A DNA stretch of 64,000 nucleotides from Vulcanimicrobiota bacterium (GTDB lineage Bacteria > Vulcanimicrobiota > Xenobia > Xenobiales > JADMJV01): the NCBI GenBank assembly GCA_050250895.1, contig JBFWNU010000005.1, forward strand, positions 160,001 to 224,000, read 5' to 3'. Positions 17,198-26,829 of this stretch are shown here, piece after piece. The position numbers were made by a program, and so were the translations under genes. The notes under the pieces are model-generated. The model saw nothing but the letters and a program-made list of their open reading frames with translations, ran no database searches and was not told the DNA's origin. The stretch's first letter is position 1. Each line of letters opens with the position of its first letter.

Positions 17198-20100
17198 GCG
17201 AATTGGCCATCACCGGCCTGGCCTTGCGCTTTCCCGGGGCCAACAGCTGCCGGCAGTTCTGGGACCTGCTGCGCCATGGACGTGAGGGCATCTCGCGCTT
17301 TGCCCCGCGGCCCGACCAACCCGACTACGTGCCGGCCCGAGGCGTGCTGGGCGGGCTCGAGCACTTTGAACGGCAGCTCTTCGGGTTGAGCGCCAGCGAG
17401 ACCCGGATCGCCGACCCCCAGCACCTGGTTTTGCTCGAGTGTGTGTGGGAGGCGCTGGCTAACGGGGGCTATCACCCGGCCCGATTTGCCGGCAAGATCG
17501 GCATCTTCGCTGGAGCGGCCAGCAATGGACACCGGAGCGAGCCAGGCACCGACGCCCTGGGCAGTCTCTCGCGTGCCCTGGTCAACGAGGTGGACTTTCT
17601 CACCACCCGCGCCTCCTACCACTTTGGTCTGACCGGACCGAGCGTGGTGGTGCAGAGCGCCTGCGCCACCTCCCTGGTGGCCCTCCATCTGGCCGCCCAG
17701 AGCCTGCGCAATCGGGAGTGCGACCTGGCCCTGGTGGGGGCCGTTTCGATTCGCCTTCCCCAGACGGTCGGCTACCACTATGTCGAAGGAGGGATTCTTT
17801 CTCCCGACGGCCATTGCCGCCCGTTTGACCGCCAGGCCGCCGGCACCGTCAGTAGTAACGGCGCGGCTGTGCTCGTGCTGCGTCGCCTGGAGGAGGCCTG
17901 GCGCGAGCGCGACACCATCCGGGCCATCCTCAAGGCCACGGCCGTCAACCACGACGGCTCCAACAAAATAGGCTATACCGCCCCCAATCCGACTGCCCAG
18001 GTAGAGGTCATGCGCAGCGCCCTGGAGGCGGCCGGGGTCGAGCCCGCCCAGGTGGCTATGCTCGAGGCCCACGGCACAGCCACCCGGTTGGGGGACTCGG
18101 TCGAGGCCTGGGCCCTCGGTCAGGTCTACCAGTCGGGGACTCACTGGCTGGGCTCGGTCAAGAGTAACCTCGGCCACCTCAACACGGCCGCCGGTATGGC
18201 TGGATTGGTCAAAGCCGTCCTGAGCCTCGAGCACGGCCTGGTTCCGCCCACCTTGCACTTCGAGCAAGCCCACCCCGAGTTAGGCCTCGACCCGGCCGTG
18301 TTCACCGTGCCTACCAGTTGTCAGAGCTGGCCCGAAGGGCCGCGAATGGCTGCCGTCAGCTCGATCGGTTTGGGAGGTACCAACGCCCATACCGTGCTGG
18401 CTCAGGCTCCCGAGCGCAAAGCCCTGGAGGCCCTCGAACGGCCTCGTCTATACGTGCTCAGCGCCCGCACCCGGCCGGCCCTTGAGGCCCTCCAGGAGGC
18501 TATCACCTCGACCGGACCAGACGTGTCCTTCACCTTGCGCAACGGACGGGCCGAGCTTGACTGGCGAACTTTCAGCCTCGACACCAGCCAATGGAGCAGC
18601 CGGCGCCGACTCGAGTCGCCGCGTCTTGCCTTTGTCTATCCGGGGGTCGGCGATCACTATCCCGGCATGGGGCGGGAACTCTACCAGCGCGAAGCCGTCT
18701 TTCGCGACTCGCTGGAGGCTAGCCAGGCTTGTCTGGGCGGCGGCCTGCTCGAGCGGCTCTACAGGGGGCAGCCGCTAACCGGCGTCTGGGCTCATCTGGC
18801 CGTGGTGGCTATCGAGGTGGCCCTGACGTCGCTGTTGGCCAGTTGGGGGCTGCGGCCCGAGGCTACCCTCGGGCACTCTCTGGGCGAGTATGTCTCGGCT
18901 TACACTGCCGGCGTCCTCTCGCAGGCCCAACTGCTTCGTCTGGTCCGAGCCCGGGCCGAGGCGGTCGAAAAGCTCGAGCCCAGCGCCCAGCTGGTGGTTC
19001 CCCTTGGGGCCGCTCAGCTCTCGCTGGGGCCTGGGCTTCACGCCTGTCTGGAGAACGGACCGCACCTGACGGTGGCGGCCGGGTCTTGTCAGGCGGTTGT
19101 CGAGCTGCAAGAGCGCCTCAAAGCCGAAGGCGTGCCGAGCCAGACCGTGCTCGATGGCCGAGCCTACCACTGTCCCCTGGTCGAGCCAGCCCGCGCGACC
19201 CTCGAGGCGGTCCTGGCCGAGCTCGAATTCAACCCCGGCCAGGTGCCCTGGCTGAGCAACCTCGATGGCCAATGGAAGGATCGGGCCGGACCTGACCATT
19301 GGCTCGAGCACCTGGTGCGGCCGGCCCGCTTTTCTCAGGCCCTGGCTCGTCTGGCCGCCGAGCCAGACTGGGTGGTACTCGAGGTCGGACCCGGCACCAG
19401 CCTGCAAAGCTTGGCTCGCCAGGCCGGGCTCCCGCGCGTGGCCAGCTGTTTGGGCACGGCTCTCGAGACTGCCCGGGACGACCATCGCCGCACCCTGGCG
19501 GCGGTGGCAGAAGCCTGGACCTGGGGAGTCGATTGTGACCTGGCGGGCCTGGACCCTGATGGCGGCCGTGTGCCCCTGGCGCCCTATCCCTTCGGCTTGA
19601 AGGACGAAACAGGACAGCTGCCGTCAACGGCTCCTATGGATGCCCTCGAGCAGGTCTGGTGCGGGGTGCTGGGCCTCGAGCGCGTGGGTGACGAGGACGA
19701 CTTCTTCCGGCTGGGCGGCAATTCTTTGTTAGCACTGCAGCTGATTCATCGCCTCCAGGTCGACTTCGGACTAGGTCTCAAACTGCAGCAGTTCTTGCAG
19801 AATCCGACCCTGGCCGCCCAACGTGCTCTTCGCCTGGAGCAGGTGGACAGCCACCGCCAATTGATAGTGGGCGAGCCCGACCAGATTCACCAGCCCTTCG
19901 AGTTGACTGATGTGCAGGAGGCCTACTGGGTGGGCCGCCGCTCAGAATTCGGGGCCGAGGTCTCGACCCATGGCTACGCCGAGATCGACAGCTCCATCGA
20001 AGTCTCGGTGATGGAAAGGGCCTGGAACCGGCTCATCGCTCATCACCCCATGTTGCGAGCGGTGGCCAGCGCCGACGGCCGGCAGCGGGTGCTCAAGTCG

Positions 20101-23100
20101 GTGCCACCGTTCGTGATCGACCTTCAGCCGGCCGGGCGCGGCGCTGAGGTCCGTCGAACCCTGGAGAGCCGGGTGGTCGACCTGCAGCAGTGGCCCTGGT
20201 TCAAGGTGGTGGCGGTGGCGCTTGACTCGGGGCTCAGGCGCTATTGTATCAGCTTCGACCTGCTTTTCGGCGACGCCAGCAGCTGGCAAATGTTCTTCGC
20301 TCAACTCCATCAATTGTGCCACCAGCCCGAGGCCCCTTTGCCGGCCTGCGGCCTCACCTTTCGCGACTATGTGCTGGCCGAGCGCCGCCAGCGCGAGGGG
20401 CAGTCCTATCAGGCCTCGCTGGCCTACTGGCGAGGGCGGCTCGACAGCCTGCCGGCGGCTCCCCAATTGCCGCTGGTCGAGGGGGCCGACACAAGTCGCT
20501 TTCGACGCCGGTCGGGGCGGCTCGAAGCCGACCTGTGGCAGGCCCTCAAAGGGCGCGCAAGCAAGCTGGGATTGACCCCTTCGGGCGTGTTGTTGAGCGC
20601 CTTCTCGCAGGTTTTGGCCCATTGGAGTCGCAGCCGCCATTTCACCCTCAACCTCACTCTTTTTCATCGCCAACCCCTGCATCCCGACGTGGACCGGATC
20701 TTTGGCGACTTTACCTCGCTGGCGCTGCTCGAGGTCGACCTCTCGCCCGAACAATCGTTCACGGCCAGCTGTTTGCGCTTGCAGCGACAACTCTGGCAAG
20801 ACCTCGAACATCGCCAGGTTACGGGCGTGCGCGTCTTGCGCGAGCTTCGCCAGCGGCTGGGCCTCAAACCCGGCCCTCTGATGCCGGTGGTGTTCACCAG
20901 CACCCTGGGCCTGGGGCCGGAGGGTAGCGATTCTTCGGTGCCGGGTCAACTGGCCCGTCTGGGAGAGATGGTCTACGCTCAATCGCAGACCCCGCAAGTT
21001 TGGCTAGACCATCAGGTCTTCGAGCGAGGCCAGAGCCTGCACTTCAACTGGGACTTTCCTGACGAGCTTTTCCCGGATGGAGTCCTTGACGACCTCTTCG
21101 AAGCCTACCAGGACCTGCTCCAGCGGCTGGCCGAACAGTCCGAGCTGTGGGATTGCCGGCAACTGGACCTGACTCCCCACGACCACCGAATGCTCTACCA
21201 GGCCCTCAACGATACTTCCCGGGACTTTCGCCCCCAGCAGTGCCATCAGCCCCTTTGGGAGCAGTACCTGGCTCGCCCCGAGGCGGTGGCCGTGGTGGAC
21301 TGCATCAGGCCCTGGACCTATGCCCAGCTATGGCGGCGCGCCGCCGGTCTGGCTCGCCAGCTCGAGCAAAGGGGCTTTGCCGGCCGCCAAACGGTGGCCG
21401 TGGTGGTCGAGCGGGGCGGGGCCCAGGTGGCAGCCGTCCTGGGTGTGCTGCTGGCCGGCGGCAGCTATTGTGGGCTGGCCTGTGACGACCCGCGTCTCGA
21501 GGAGTGTATGACCTCGGCCGCTATCGAGTGGTTGGTCACCACCGAGCCCGAACTGCTGGGCAAGGTGGCCAACTGCCTCTACTGGGGAGAGGTTCCCGAG
21601 GCCCCGCCAGTGGCTCGCTTCGGCGACCCGGAAGACCTGGCCTATCTGATTTTTACCTCGGGTAGCACGGGCACGCCCAAGGCCGTGACCATTCGCCACC
21701 GGAGCGTGGCCAACCGGCTGCAAGACGTTCAGGAGCGGTTGGGGGTGAGCCCCACCGATGTCGGTTTGGCCCTGGCTCCGCTCCACTTTGATTTGAGCGT
21801 CTTCGACATCTTTGGCATTCTGGGAGCGGGCGGGCGACTGGTCTTTCCCGACCCCGAGCGCGGGCGCGACCCCGCTCACTGGGCCGAATTGCTCGAGCGC
21901 GAAGGGGTGACCCTCTGGAATTCGGTCCCGGCTTTCATGGAGATGTTGCTAGATTGGATCGGCGCCGGCCAGCTGGCCACCAGTCTGCGCCAGGTGATTC
22001 TCTCGGGGGATTTTCTCTCTCCCACTTTGCCACAGCGGCTAGCTGCCTGCAGTTCGGCTCGCCTGCTCAGTGGCGGGGGGGCCACCGAAACCACCATCTG
22101 GGATATTTGCCATTCGGTCGAGGGCAACCCTTCGGGCGGGCCCATCCCCTATGGCAGGCCGATGAACAATGCCCGCTACTACGTGCTCGACGAGCATCGG
22201 CAACTGCGTCCGGCCGGGGTGGTCGGCCACCTCTACGCAGCCGGAGAAGGGATGGCCGAAGGCTATCGGGGCGCGCCCGAGCTCAGTGCCCATCGATTTC
22301 CGGTGCATCCCGAGTTGGGTCGATTGTATTGCACCGGCGATCTCGGACTGCTTTCGAAAGCCGGCTATTTCGAGATTCGCGGGCGGGCCGACCAGCGCCT
22401 GAAGATCCGAGGAGTGCGGGTCGAGGCGGGCGAGGTCGAGGCCGCCCTGGTGGCCTCGCCGGCCGTCGAGCAGGTCGCCGTGGTGGCCCGCGGCGAGCCC
22501 GGACTGCAGAAGCTTTACGCCTTTTATCAGGGGCAGGTTGCACCCGACCAGCTGCGCGATTGGGCCCGGGCTCGTTTGCCCGCCTCGATGGTTCCCTCCC
22601 ACTTTGTTGCCCTCCCCAGGCTGCCGCTGGGCCCGACCGGCAAAGTGGACCGTGGCGCTTTGCCGGTGACCGAGGTCAAGAGCGAGGGGGCGCCTCCGGC
22701 CCACTCCCAGACCCAGCGCCTGGTGAAGCTCATCGGCGAGGTCCTGGCGGTCGAGGTCGGTCCCGACACCAACCTCATCAAGGCCGGGGCCACTTCGGTC
22801 GACATGGTGCGCCTGGCCAACCGCATCCAGGACGAACTGGGCGTCCGTCCGCCGCTTGATCTGTTGTATGAGGGGGCCTGTGCGGCTGCCATCGCGGCCG
22901 GGCTGGAACCCGCCTCGGCCGTCCCGGTGGCCTTGGGCGCCCTTCGCGATCCCGACGAGCAAGAGCGATTTCGCGACGCCCGCCACTGGCACCGCCAGCT
23001 TGAGGACCCGGGCCACGAGCTGGTCCGCAGCCCTTCGGTCAGTCGCCGTCGCAGCCAGCGCCGCTACGCCCTCACGCCCATCGCCAGTGCGCAGCTGGGA

Positions 23101-23670
23101 GGCTGGCTGAGTTGCCTGGGCCTGGGCCCGGATGGATTCGAGTATCCTTCGGCCGGCGGCCTGCAGCCGGTGCAGACCTATCTGTATCTCAAGAAGGGTC
23201 GGTTTGAAGAGCTAGCCGGCGGAACCTACTACTACGACCCGGTGGCCCATCGCCTGGTGGGCCTGGCGCCGGGGGCCGAGGTCTCTCGCAGACTCTATGG
23301 CCTGCATCCCAACCGGCCCATCTTCGACGAGGCCGCCCTGGGCCTCTATCTGGTGGCCGACCTCAGGGCCATCGAGCCGATCTATGGTGGACACGGGCTA
23401 GAGTTCTGCCTGCTCGAAGCCGGGTATATGAGTCAGCTGCTGATGGAACGGGCCGACCAGTCCGGCCTCGGTGTTTGTCCTATCGGTAACCTGGATTTCG
23501 AGCCGCTAAGACCGCTTTTCTTGCTGGACACCGAGCACCGCCTGGTTCACTCGTTGCTGGGGGGCATTCCCGACCTCTCAAGCAGCACCAGCCAGGGGGC
23601 CGACCGCCTGCTCGAGCAGGTCAAGACGCTCAGTCCCGAGCAGGTTCGTCGTCTGCTCGAGGAGCGTTAA
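17194..23670 (+). CDS. Hybrid PKS-NRPS: KS-AT-ACP-Cy-A(Cys-like)-PCP-Ox
   Basis: KS SACATSL/EAHGT/NLGH; AT GHSLGEY; ACP GGNSL; cyclization domain DLLFGD, FTLNLT.F and SQTPQVWLD; A FTSGSTG.PK, HFDLSV and LWNSVP; PCP GATSV; SagB-like oxidase RRS..Y, YPSAGGL and EAGY..Q. Confidence 0.92.
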   Translation: MSELAITGLALRFPGANSCRQFWDLLRHGREGISRFAPRPDQPDYVPARGVLGGLEHFERQLFGLSASETRIADPQHLVLLECVWEALANGGYHPARFAGKIGIFAGAASNGHRSEPGTDALGSLSRALVNEVDFLTTRASYHFGLTGPSVVVQSACATSLVALHLAAQSLRNRECDLALVGAVSIRLPQTVGYHYVEGGILSPDGHCRPFDRQAAGTVSSNGAAVLVLRRLEEAWRERDTIRAILKATAVNHDGSNKIGYTAPNPTAQVEVMRSALEAAGVEPAQVAMLEAHGTATRLGDSVEAWALGQVYQSGTHWLGSVKSNLGHLNTAAGMAGLVKAVLSLEHGLVPPTLHFEQAHPELGLDPAVFTVPTSCQSWPEGPRMAAVSSIGLGGTNAHTVLAQAPERKALEALERPRLYVLSARTRPALEALQEAITSTGPDVSFTLRNGRAELDWRTFSLDTSQWSSRRRLESPRLAFVYPGVGDHYPGMGRELYQREAVFRDSLEASQACLGGGLLERLYRGQPLTGVWAHLAVVAIEVALTSLLASWGLRPEATLGHSLGEYVSAYTAGVLSQAQLLRLVRARAEAVEKLEPSAQLVVPLGAAQLSLGPGLHACLENGPHLTVAAGSCQAVVELQERLKAEGVPSQTVLDGRAYHCPLVEPARATLEAVLAELEFNPGQVPWLSNLDGQWKDRAGPDHWLEHLVRPARFSQALARLAAEPDWVVLEVGPGTSLQSLARQAGLPRVASCLGTALETARDDHRRTLAAVAEAWTWGVDCDLAGLDPDGGRVPLAPYPFGLKDETGQLPSTAPMDALEQVWCGVLGLERVGDEDDFFRLGGNSLLALQLIHRLQVDFGLGLKLQQFLQNPTLAAQRALRLEQVDSHRQLIVGEPDQIHQPFELTDVQEAYWVGRRSEFGAEVSTHGYAEIDSSIEVSVMERAWNRLIAHHPMLRAVASADGRQRVLKSVPPFVIDLQPAGRGAEVRRTLESRVVDLQQWPWFKVVAVALDSGLRRYCISFDLLFGDASSWQMFFAQLHQLCHQPEAPLPACGLTFRDYVLAERRQREGQSYQASLAYWRGRLDSLPAAPQLPLVEGADTSRFRRRSGRLEADLWQALKGRASKLGLTPSGVLLSAFSQVLAHWSRSRHFTLNLTLFHRQPLHPDVDRIFGDFTSLALLEVDLSPEQSFTASCLRLQRQLWQDLEHRQVTGVRVLRELRQRLGLKPGPLMPVVFTSTLGLGPEGSDSSVPGQLARLGEMVYAQSQTPQVWLDHQVFERGQSLHFNWDFPDELFPDGVLDDLFEAYQDLLQRLAEQSELWDCRQLDLTPHDHRMLYQALNDTSRDFRPQQCHQPLWEQYLARPEAVAVVDCIRPWTYAQLWRRAAGLARQLEQRGFAGRQTVAVVVERGGAQVAAVLGVLLAGGSYCGLACDDPRLEECMTSAAIEWLVTTEPELLGKVANCLYWGEVPEAPPVARFGDPEDLAYLIFTSGSTGTPKAVTIRHRSVANRLQDVQERLGVSPTDVGLALAPLHFDLSVFDIFGILGAGGRLVFPDPERGRDPAHWAELLEREGVTLWNSVPAFMEMLLDWIGAGQLATSLRQVILSGDFLSPTLPQRLAACSSARLLSGGGATETTIWDICHSVEGNPSGGPIPYGRPMNNARYYVLDEHRQLRPAGVVGHLYAAGEGMAEGYRGAPELSAHRFPVHPELGRLYCTGDLGLLSKAGYFEIRGRADQRLKIRGVRVEAGEVEAALVASPAVEQVAVVARGEPGLQKLYAFYQGQVAPDQLRDWARARLPASMVPSHFVALPRLPLGPTGKVDRGALPVTEVKSEGAPPAHSQTQRLVKLIGEVLAVEVGPDTNLIKAGATSVDMVRLANRIQDELGVRPPLDLLYEGACAAAIAAGLEPASAVPVALGALRDPDEQERFRDARHWHRQLEDPGHELVRSPSVSRRRSQRRYALTPIASAQLGGWLSCLGLGPDGFEYPSAGGLQPVQTYLYLKKGRFEELAGGTYYYDPVAHRLVGLAPGAEVSRRLYGLHPNRPIFDEAALGLYLVADLRAIEPIYGGHGLEFCLLEAGYMSQLLMERADQSGLGVCPIGNLDFEPLRPLFLLDTEHRLVHSLLGGIPDLSSSTSQGADRLLEQVKTLSPEQVRRLLEER

Positions 23671-24658
23671 TCGCTTTGAAATACTCGGGATAACTCGGTG
23701 CCTCGAGACCGCTCCAGCCAAATCCGCCCTGGTTGCGGCTAAAGCCCGCCAGGCGCAAGCTGATGTCCATCATGCGGTTGCGGGTATTGGCCTGGTAGTC
23801 CACCTGCAGACTCAAGCCGGCGCCCTGGGCCCGCCGCATCAGGTAGGTCAGCAGACCGATGCCCACCCCTCGGTTGAGGACGCGGCAAGAGGTCAATAAG
23901 AGCCGGCAACGATGTTGGGGCGGCCGTTCGTCGACTAGCGCCAGAGCCACCGTGCCGTAGTCTCCGAAACGATCGCAAGCCCGCATCAGCCAGCAGCGCA
24001 CGCCTGCTTCCATCAGCTGCTGCAGGTCCTCGCCTCGATAGACCAGGCCGGTGCTGTTGAGCTGGGTAGTGCGGGCGGTCAACTCTTCGGCTCGGCTCAG
24101 GTGCTCTGGCCCGGCCTCGAAGATATCGAGCTCCAGCTCGAGTTCGGCCAGAAATTCTAGCGACGGTCTCTGATGTTCTTGCTCGGCTTGCTGGCGGCGG
24201 ATCTCGAGTTGCACCAGTTCTCGACGACGGCCCGCTTCGGGGCTCCGTGACCGGGGGCTGAAGGCTTCCATCGAGGCCACTTCGCCCAGTTGGGTGACGT
24301 CGAGACAGAGCACCTGCGGATGGACACTGGCCACCTCGGCGCGTTCCACCGGGCAGTCGTCGACAAAGGCGATGTTGCCCGGAGCCAGTTGCAGCTGTTC
24401 GGCGATACGGGCGATGGCCACGGACTTCGCCGACCAGCCGATTTGAGGATAGACGAAATAGTCGTCCAGTCCGTGCGAGCGCAGGTGCGACAAGACCAGA
24501 GCGTTATCGTTCTTGCTGGCGATCGAATGTAGGATGCCGCGCTCATCGAGCACACGCAGGGCGGCCTCTGCCTGGGCTCGAGGGCGGGCCGGATCGCCTT
24601 CGCTCAGGACACCCTCCCAGAGGGTCTCGTCAAGGTCCCAGACCAGGCATTTGATCAC
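23630..24658 (-). CDS. fkbH: FkbH-family glyceryl-ACP synthase (HAD-IIIC)
   Basis: IKCLVWDLDETLWEG, SIASKND, FVDD...ER and LTSCRV; GTG 24658 overlaps the upstream TGA. Confidence 0.92.
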   Translation of the reverse strand: MIKCLVWDLDETLWEGVLSEGDPARPRAQAEAALRVLDERGILHSIASKNDNALVLSHLRSHGLDDYFVYPQIGWSAKSVAIARIAEQLQLAPGNIAFVDDCPVERAEVASVHPQVLCLDVTQLGEVASMEAFSPRSRSPEAGRRRELVQLEIRRQQAEQEHQRPSLEFLAELELELDIFEAGPEHLSRAEELTARTTQLNSTGLVYRGEDLQQLMEAGVRCWLMRACDRFGDYGTVALALVDERPPQHRCRLLLTSCRVLNRGVGIGLLTYLMRRAQGAGLSLQVDYQANTRNRMMDISLRLAGFSRNQGGFGWSGLEAPSYPEYFKAINAPRADDEPARD

Positions 24659-25689
24659 AGCAGCTCCTTCCCCAAAAAGGCGGCCAACACCGGTTGGCTG
24701 CCTTCGATGATCTCCATGACTTTCGAGTCGCGCAGGTGTCGCTGCAACGGATTCGATAGCAGGCATCCTACCCCACCTTGTAGGCACACAGCAACCTCGG
24801 CCGCCCGTCGATAGCTGGCGGCGGCGGCAAATTTGGCGGCCATGGCCAGACTGGCACAGTCGGGCTCGCGTTCTTGCCAGGCCCGGCTGGCTCGTCTGGC
24901 CAGTCCTTCCAGGGCCAGAGCCTCGACCCGCATCTGGCCCAGGCTGGCCAAAACCTGGCCATGCTCACCCAACCCGCGCGCGCGAACGTGCTCGATACTG
25001 GATTCAAGGCAGGCCTCAAGCCCCCCCAGGCAGCCCCAGGCGACACCCAGCCGCCCCAGGGTCAAGCACTCCTGAACCACCAGGGCCAACCCCAGACCTT
25101 CGCCCCCTACCAGCTGGTTGGCCTCTACTCTACACGCATCGAAATGGACCGATGCGCTCAGGCTGGCCTGCAACCCGGCCAACGGCTCGGAGGGCTCGAC
25201 CCGGAGTCCCTCTTGCTCGCGGCTAACCCAAAAGGTAGTCAGCCCACCCGGCGCCCTGGCCAGCACCAGAAAGGCATCGGCTATCTGGCCGAACGAAACC
25301 CAGGTCTTGGTTCCGCTCAGCCGATAGCCTGTCTCATCGAGTCGGGCTCGACAACGGACCCGGTCCAGGCGGGTTCCGGCGCCCTCTTCCGAAGCGGCGA
25401 AGGCGGCAAATTTGCTGCCCGCCTCAAGAGGCCCTCGCCATCGCTCGACCAGCGAAGATTGGGCTCGCCGAACCAGGGCCAACAACGCCATGGAGTGGAC
25501 CGTGACCAGGGTGCGTAGCGACCCCGAGCTGGCGCCGAGCTGGCGATTGATTTCGGCAAACTCGAGGCTGTCGGCGTGACTGGCCAGCGCTCCCGAGGCT
25601 GCCAGCCGGATAAGGACCGAGGTGGGCAAGCTACCCTCTTCTTGGGTGGGAAGCTCGAGCTGGCGAGCAAACGCCTTCCAATCGGTCAA
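24655..25689 (-). CDS. Acyl-ACP dehydrogenase (FkbI-like)
   Basis: Acyl-CoA dehydrogenase fold: GTKTWVSFGQ.AD, R..VAWGC and RD.K.MEIIEGS; lies in the Fkb cassette. Confidence 0.85.
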   Translation of the reverse strand: MTDWKAFARQLELPTQEEGSLPTSVLIRLAASGALASHADSLEFAEINRQLGASSGSLRTLVTVHSMALLALVRRAQSSLVERWRGPLEAGSKFAAFAASEEGAGTRLDRVRCRARLDETGYRLSGTKTWVSFGQIADAFLVLARAPGGLTTFWVSREQEGLRVEPSEPLAGLQASLSASVHFDACRVEANQLVGGEGLGLALVVQECLTLGRLGVAWGCLGGLEACLESSIEHVRARGLGEHGQVLASLGQMRVEALALEGLARRASRAWQEREPDCASLAMAAKFAAAASYRRAAEVAVCLQGGVGCLLSNPLQRHLRDSKVMEIIEGSQPVLAAFLGKELL

Positions 25690-25913
25690 AGCTTGGCCCT
25701 CACCAGGCCAATCAGCGCTTGAAAGCTTTGAAAGTTGGCTCGCTGGAGATCGTCGGGCCCCAGTTGAATGGAGAATTCTTTCTCGAGAAACATGACCAAC
25801 TGCAAAGCGAATAGACTGGTCAGATAACCCGACCCGAAAAGGTCTGCTTCGGTCAGGGCTCGCTCGGGCACGTGACGCAACAGATATTCGCGCACGCGTT
25901 GCTCAATTCTCAT
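25686..25913 (-). CDS. Acyl carrier protein (FkbJ-like)
   Basis: DLF..G.LTSLFALQLVMFLEKEF.I.....DL...NF.S. Confidence 0.9.
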   Translation of the reverse strand: MRIEQRVREYLLRHVPERALTEADLFGSGYLTSLFALQLVMFLEKEFSIQLGPDDLQRANFQSFQALIGLVRAKL

Positions 25914-26757
25914 ATTCGAAGAAGCCCTTTCCACTCTTGCGGCCGAGTCGCCCCGCAGCCACCATCGCTCGCAGCCGCGGGGCCGGCTCGAAACGTTGGG
26001 GATCGACCCGTTCGGCCAGGATCTCGAGGGTGTTGAGCACGGTGTCCAGGCCGATCAGATCGGCCGTAGCCAGGGGTCCTTCAGCGTGACCGAAGCAGCC
26101 GCGAAAGAGCCTGTCGATTCCGTCGGCTTCGGCCCTTCCCTCGTCGAGCACCCGGATTGCTTCATTGAGGGTCAGCATCAGGACCCGGTTGGAGACAAAG
26201 CCCGCGCCGTCCTTCACACTCACCCACTGCTTGCCCAGGCTCTCGAGAAAGTCGTGAGCTTGCGACAAGGTAGCCGGACTGGTGGAGGGCGCCTCGATCA
26301 GCTCGACCCAACCGTTGAGATGGACCGGATTCATGAAATGGATGCCGACCAGTCGCTCGGGCCTGGCCAGCAGTGAGCCAAGCTCGGCAATGGGAAGCGC
26401 CGAGGTGTTGGCGGCCAACATAGCCTGGGGACAGAAGCGGTCGAAAAGAGGATAGAGTTCAGCTTTGAGTGCCCAGTCTTCGGTGATATTCTCGACCACT
26501 ACCGAACATTCCGAGAGCAGCTCGAGTGAGGTCGCAGACTGAACCCTCCCCAGGATTCGAGAGGCATCCTGGCTATCGTCGAGCCCGAAGAATCGCCGAA
26601 ATCGCAGTTGTCGGGCCATGCCGGCCAGGCTGCCCTCGAGCTGGCTGGCCCGGTCATCCACCAGCCTGACCTGATGACCTCGCAGGCAGGCGCACAGAGC
26701 GACCCCGCTACCGATCACGCCGGCTCCCACCACACCAACACACAACACCACCGTCAA
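25903..26757 (-). CDS. 3-hydroxyacyl-CoA/ACP dehydrogenase (FkbK-like)
   Basis: GVVGAGVIG, ENITE....K, NTS, HFMNP and GFVSNR; start may be GTG 26751. Confidence 0.9.
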   Translation of the reverse strand: MTVVLCVGVVGAGVIGSGVALCACLRGHQVRLVDDRASQLEGSLAGMARQLRFRRFFGLDDSQDASRILGRVQSATSLELLSECSVVVENITEDWALKAELYPLFDRFCPQAMLAANTSALPIAELGSLLARPERLVGIHFMNPVHLNGWVELIEAPSTSPATLSQAHDFLESLGKQWVSVKDGAGFVSNRVLMLTLNEAIRVLDEGRAEADGIDRLFRGCFGHAEGPLATADLIGLDTVLNTLEILAERVDPQRFEPAPRLRAMVAAGRLGRKSGKGFFEYEN

Positions 26758-26829
26758 GCCTACGCCCAGCGCCGGGCAACTCCTTTTTCCCCGAAAGGAC
26801 TTCGGGGTCCAAGCAGAGTAACGGCCAGA

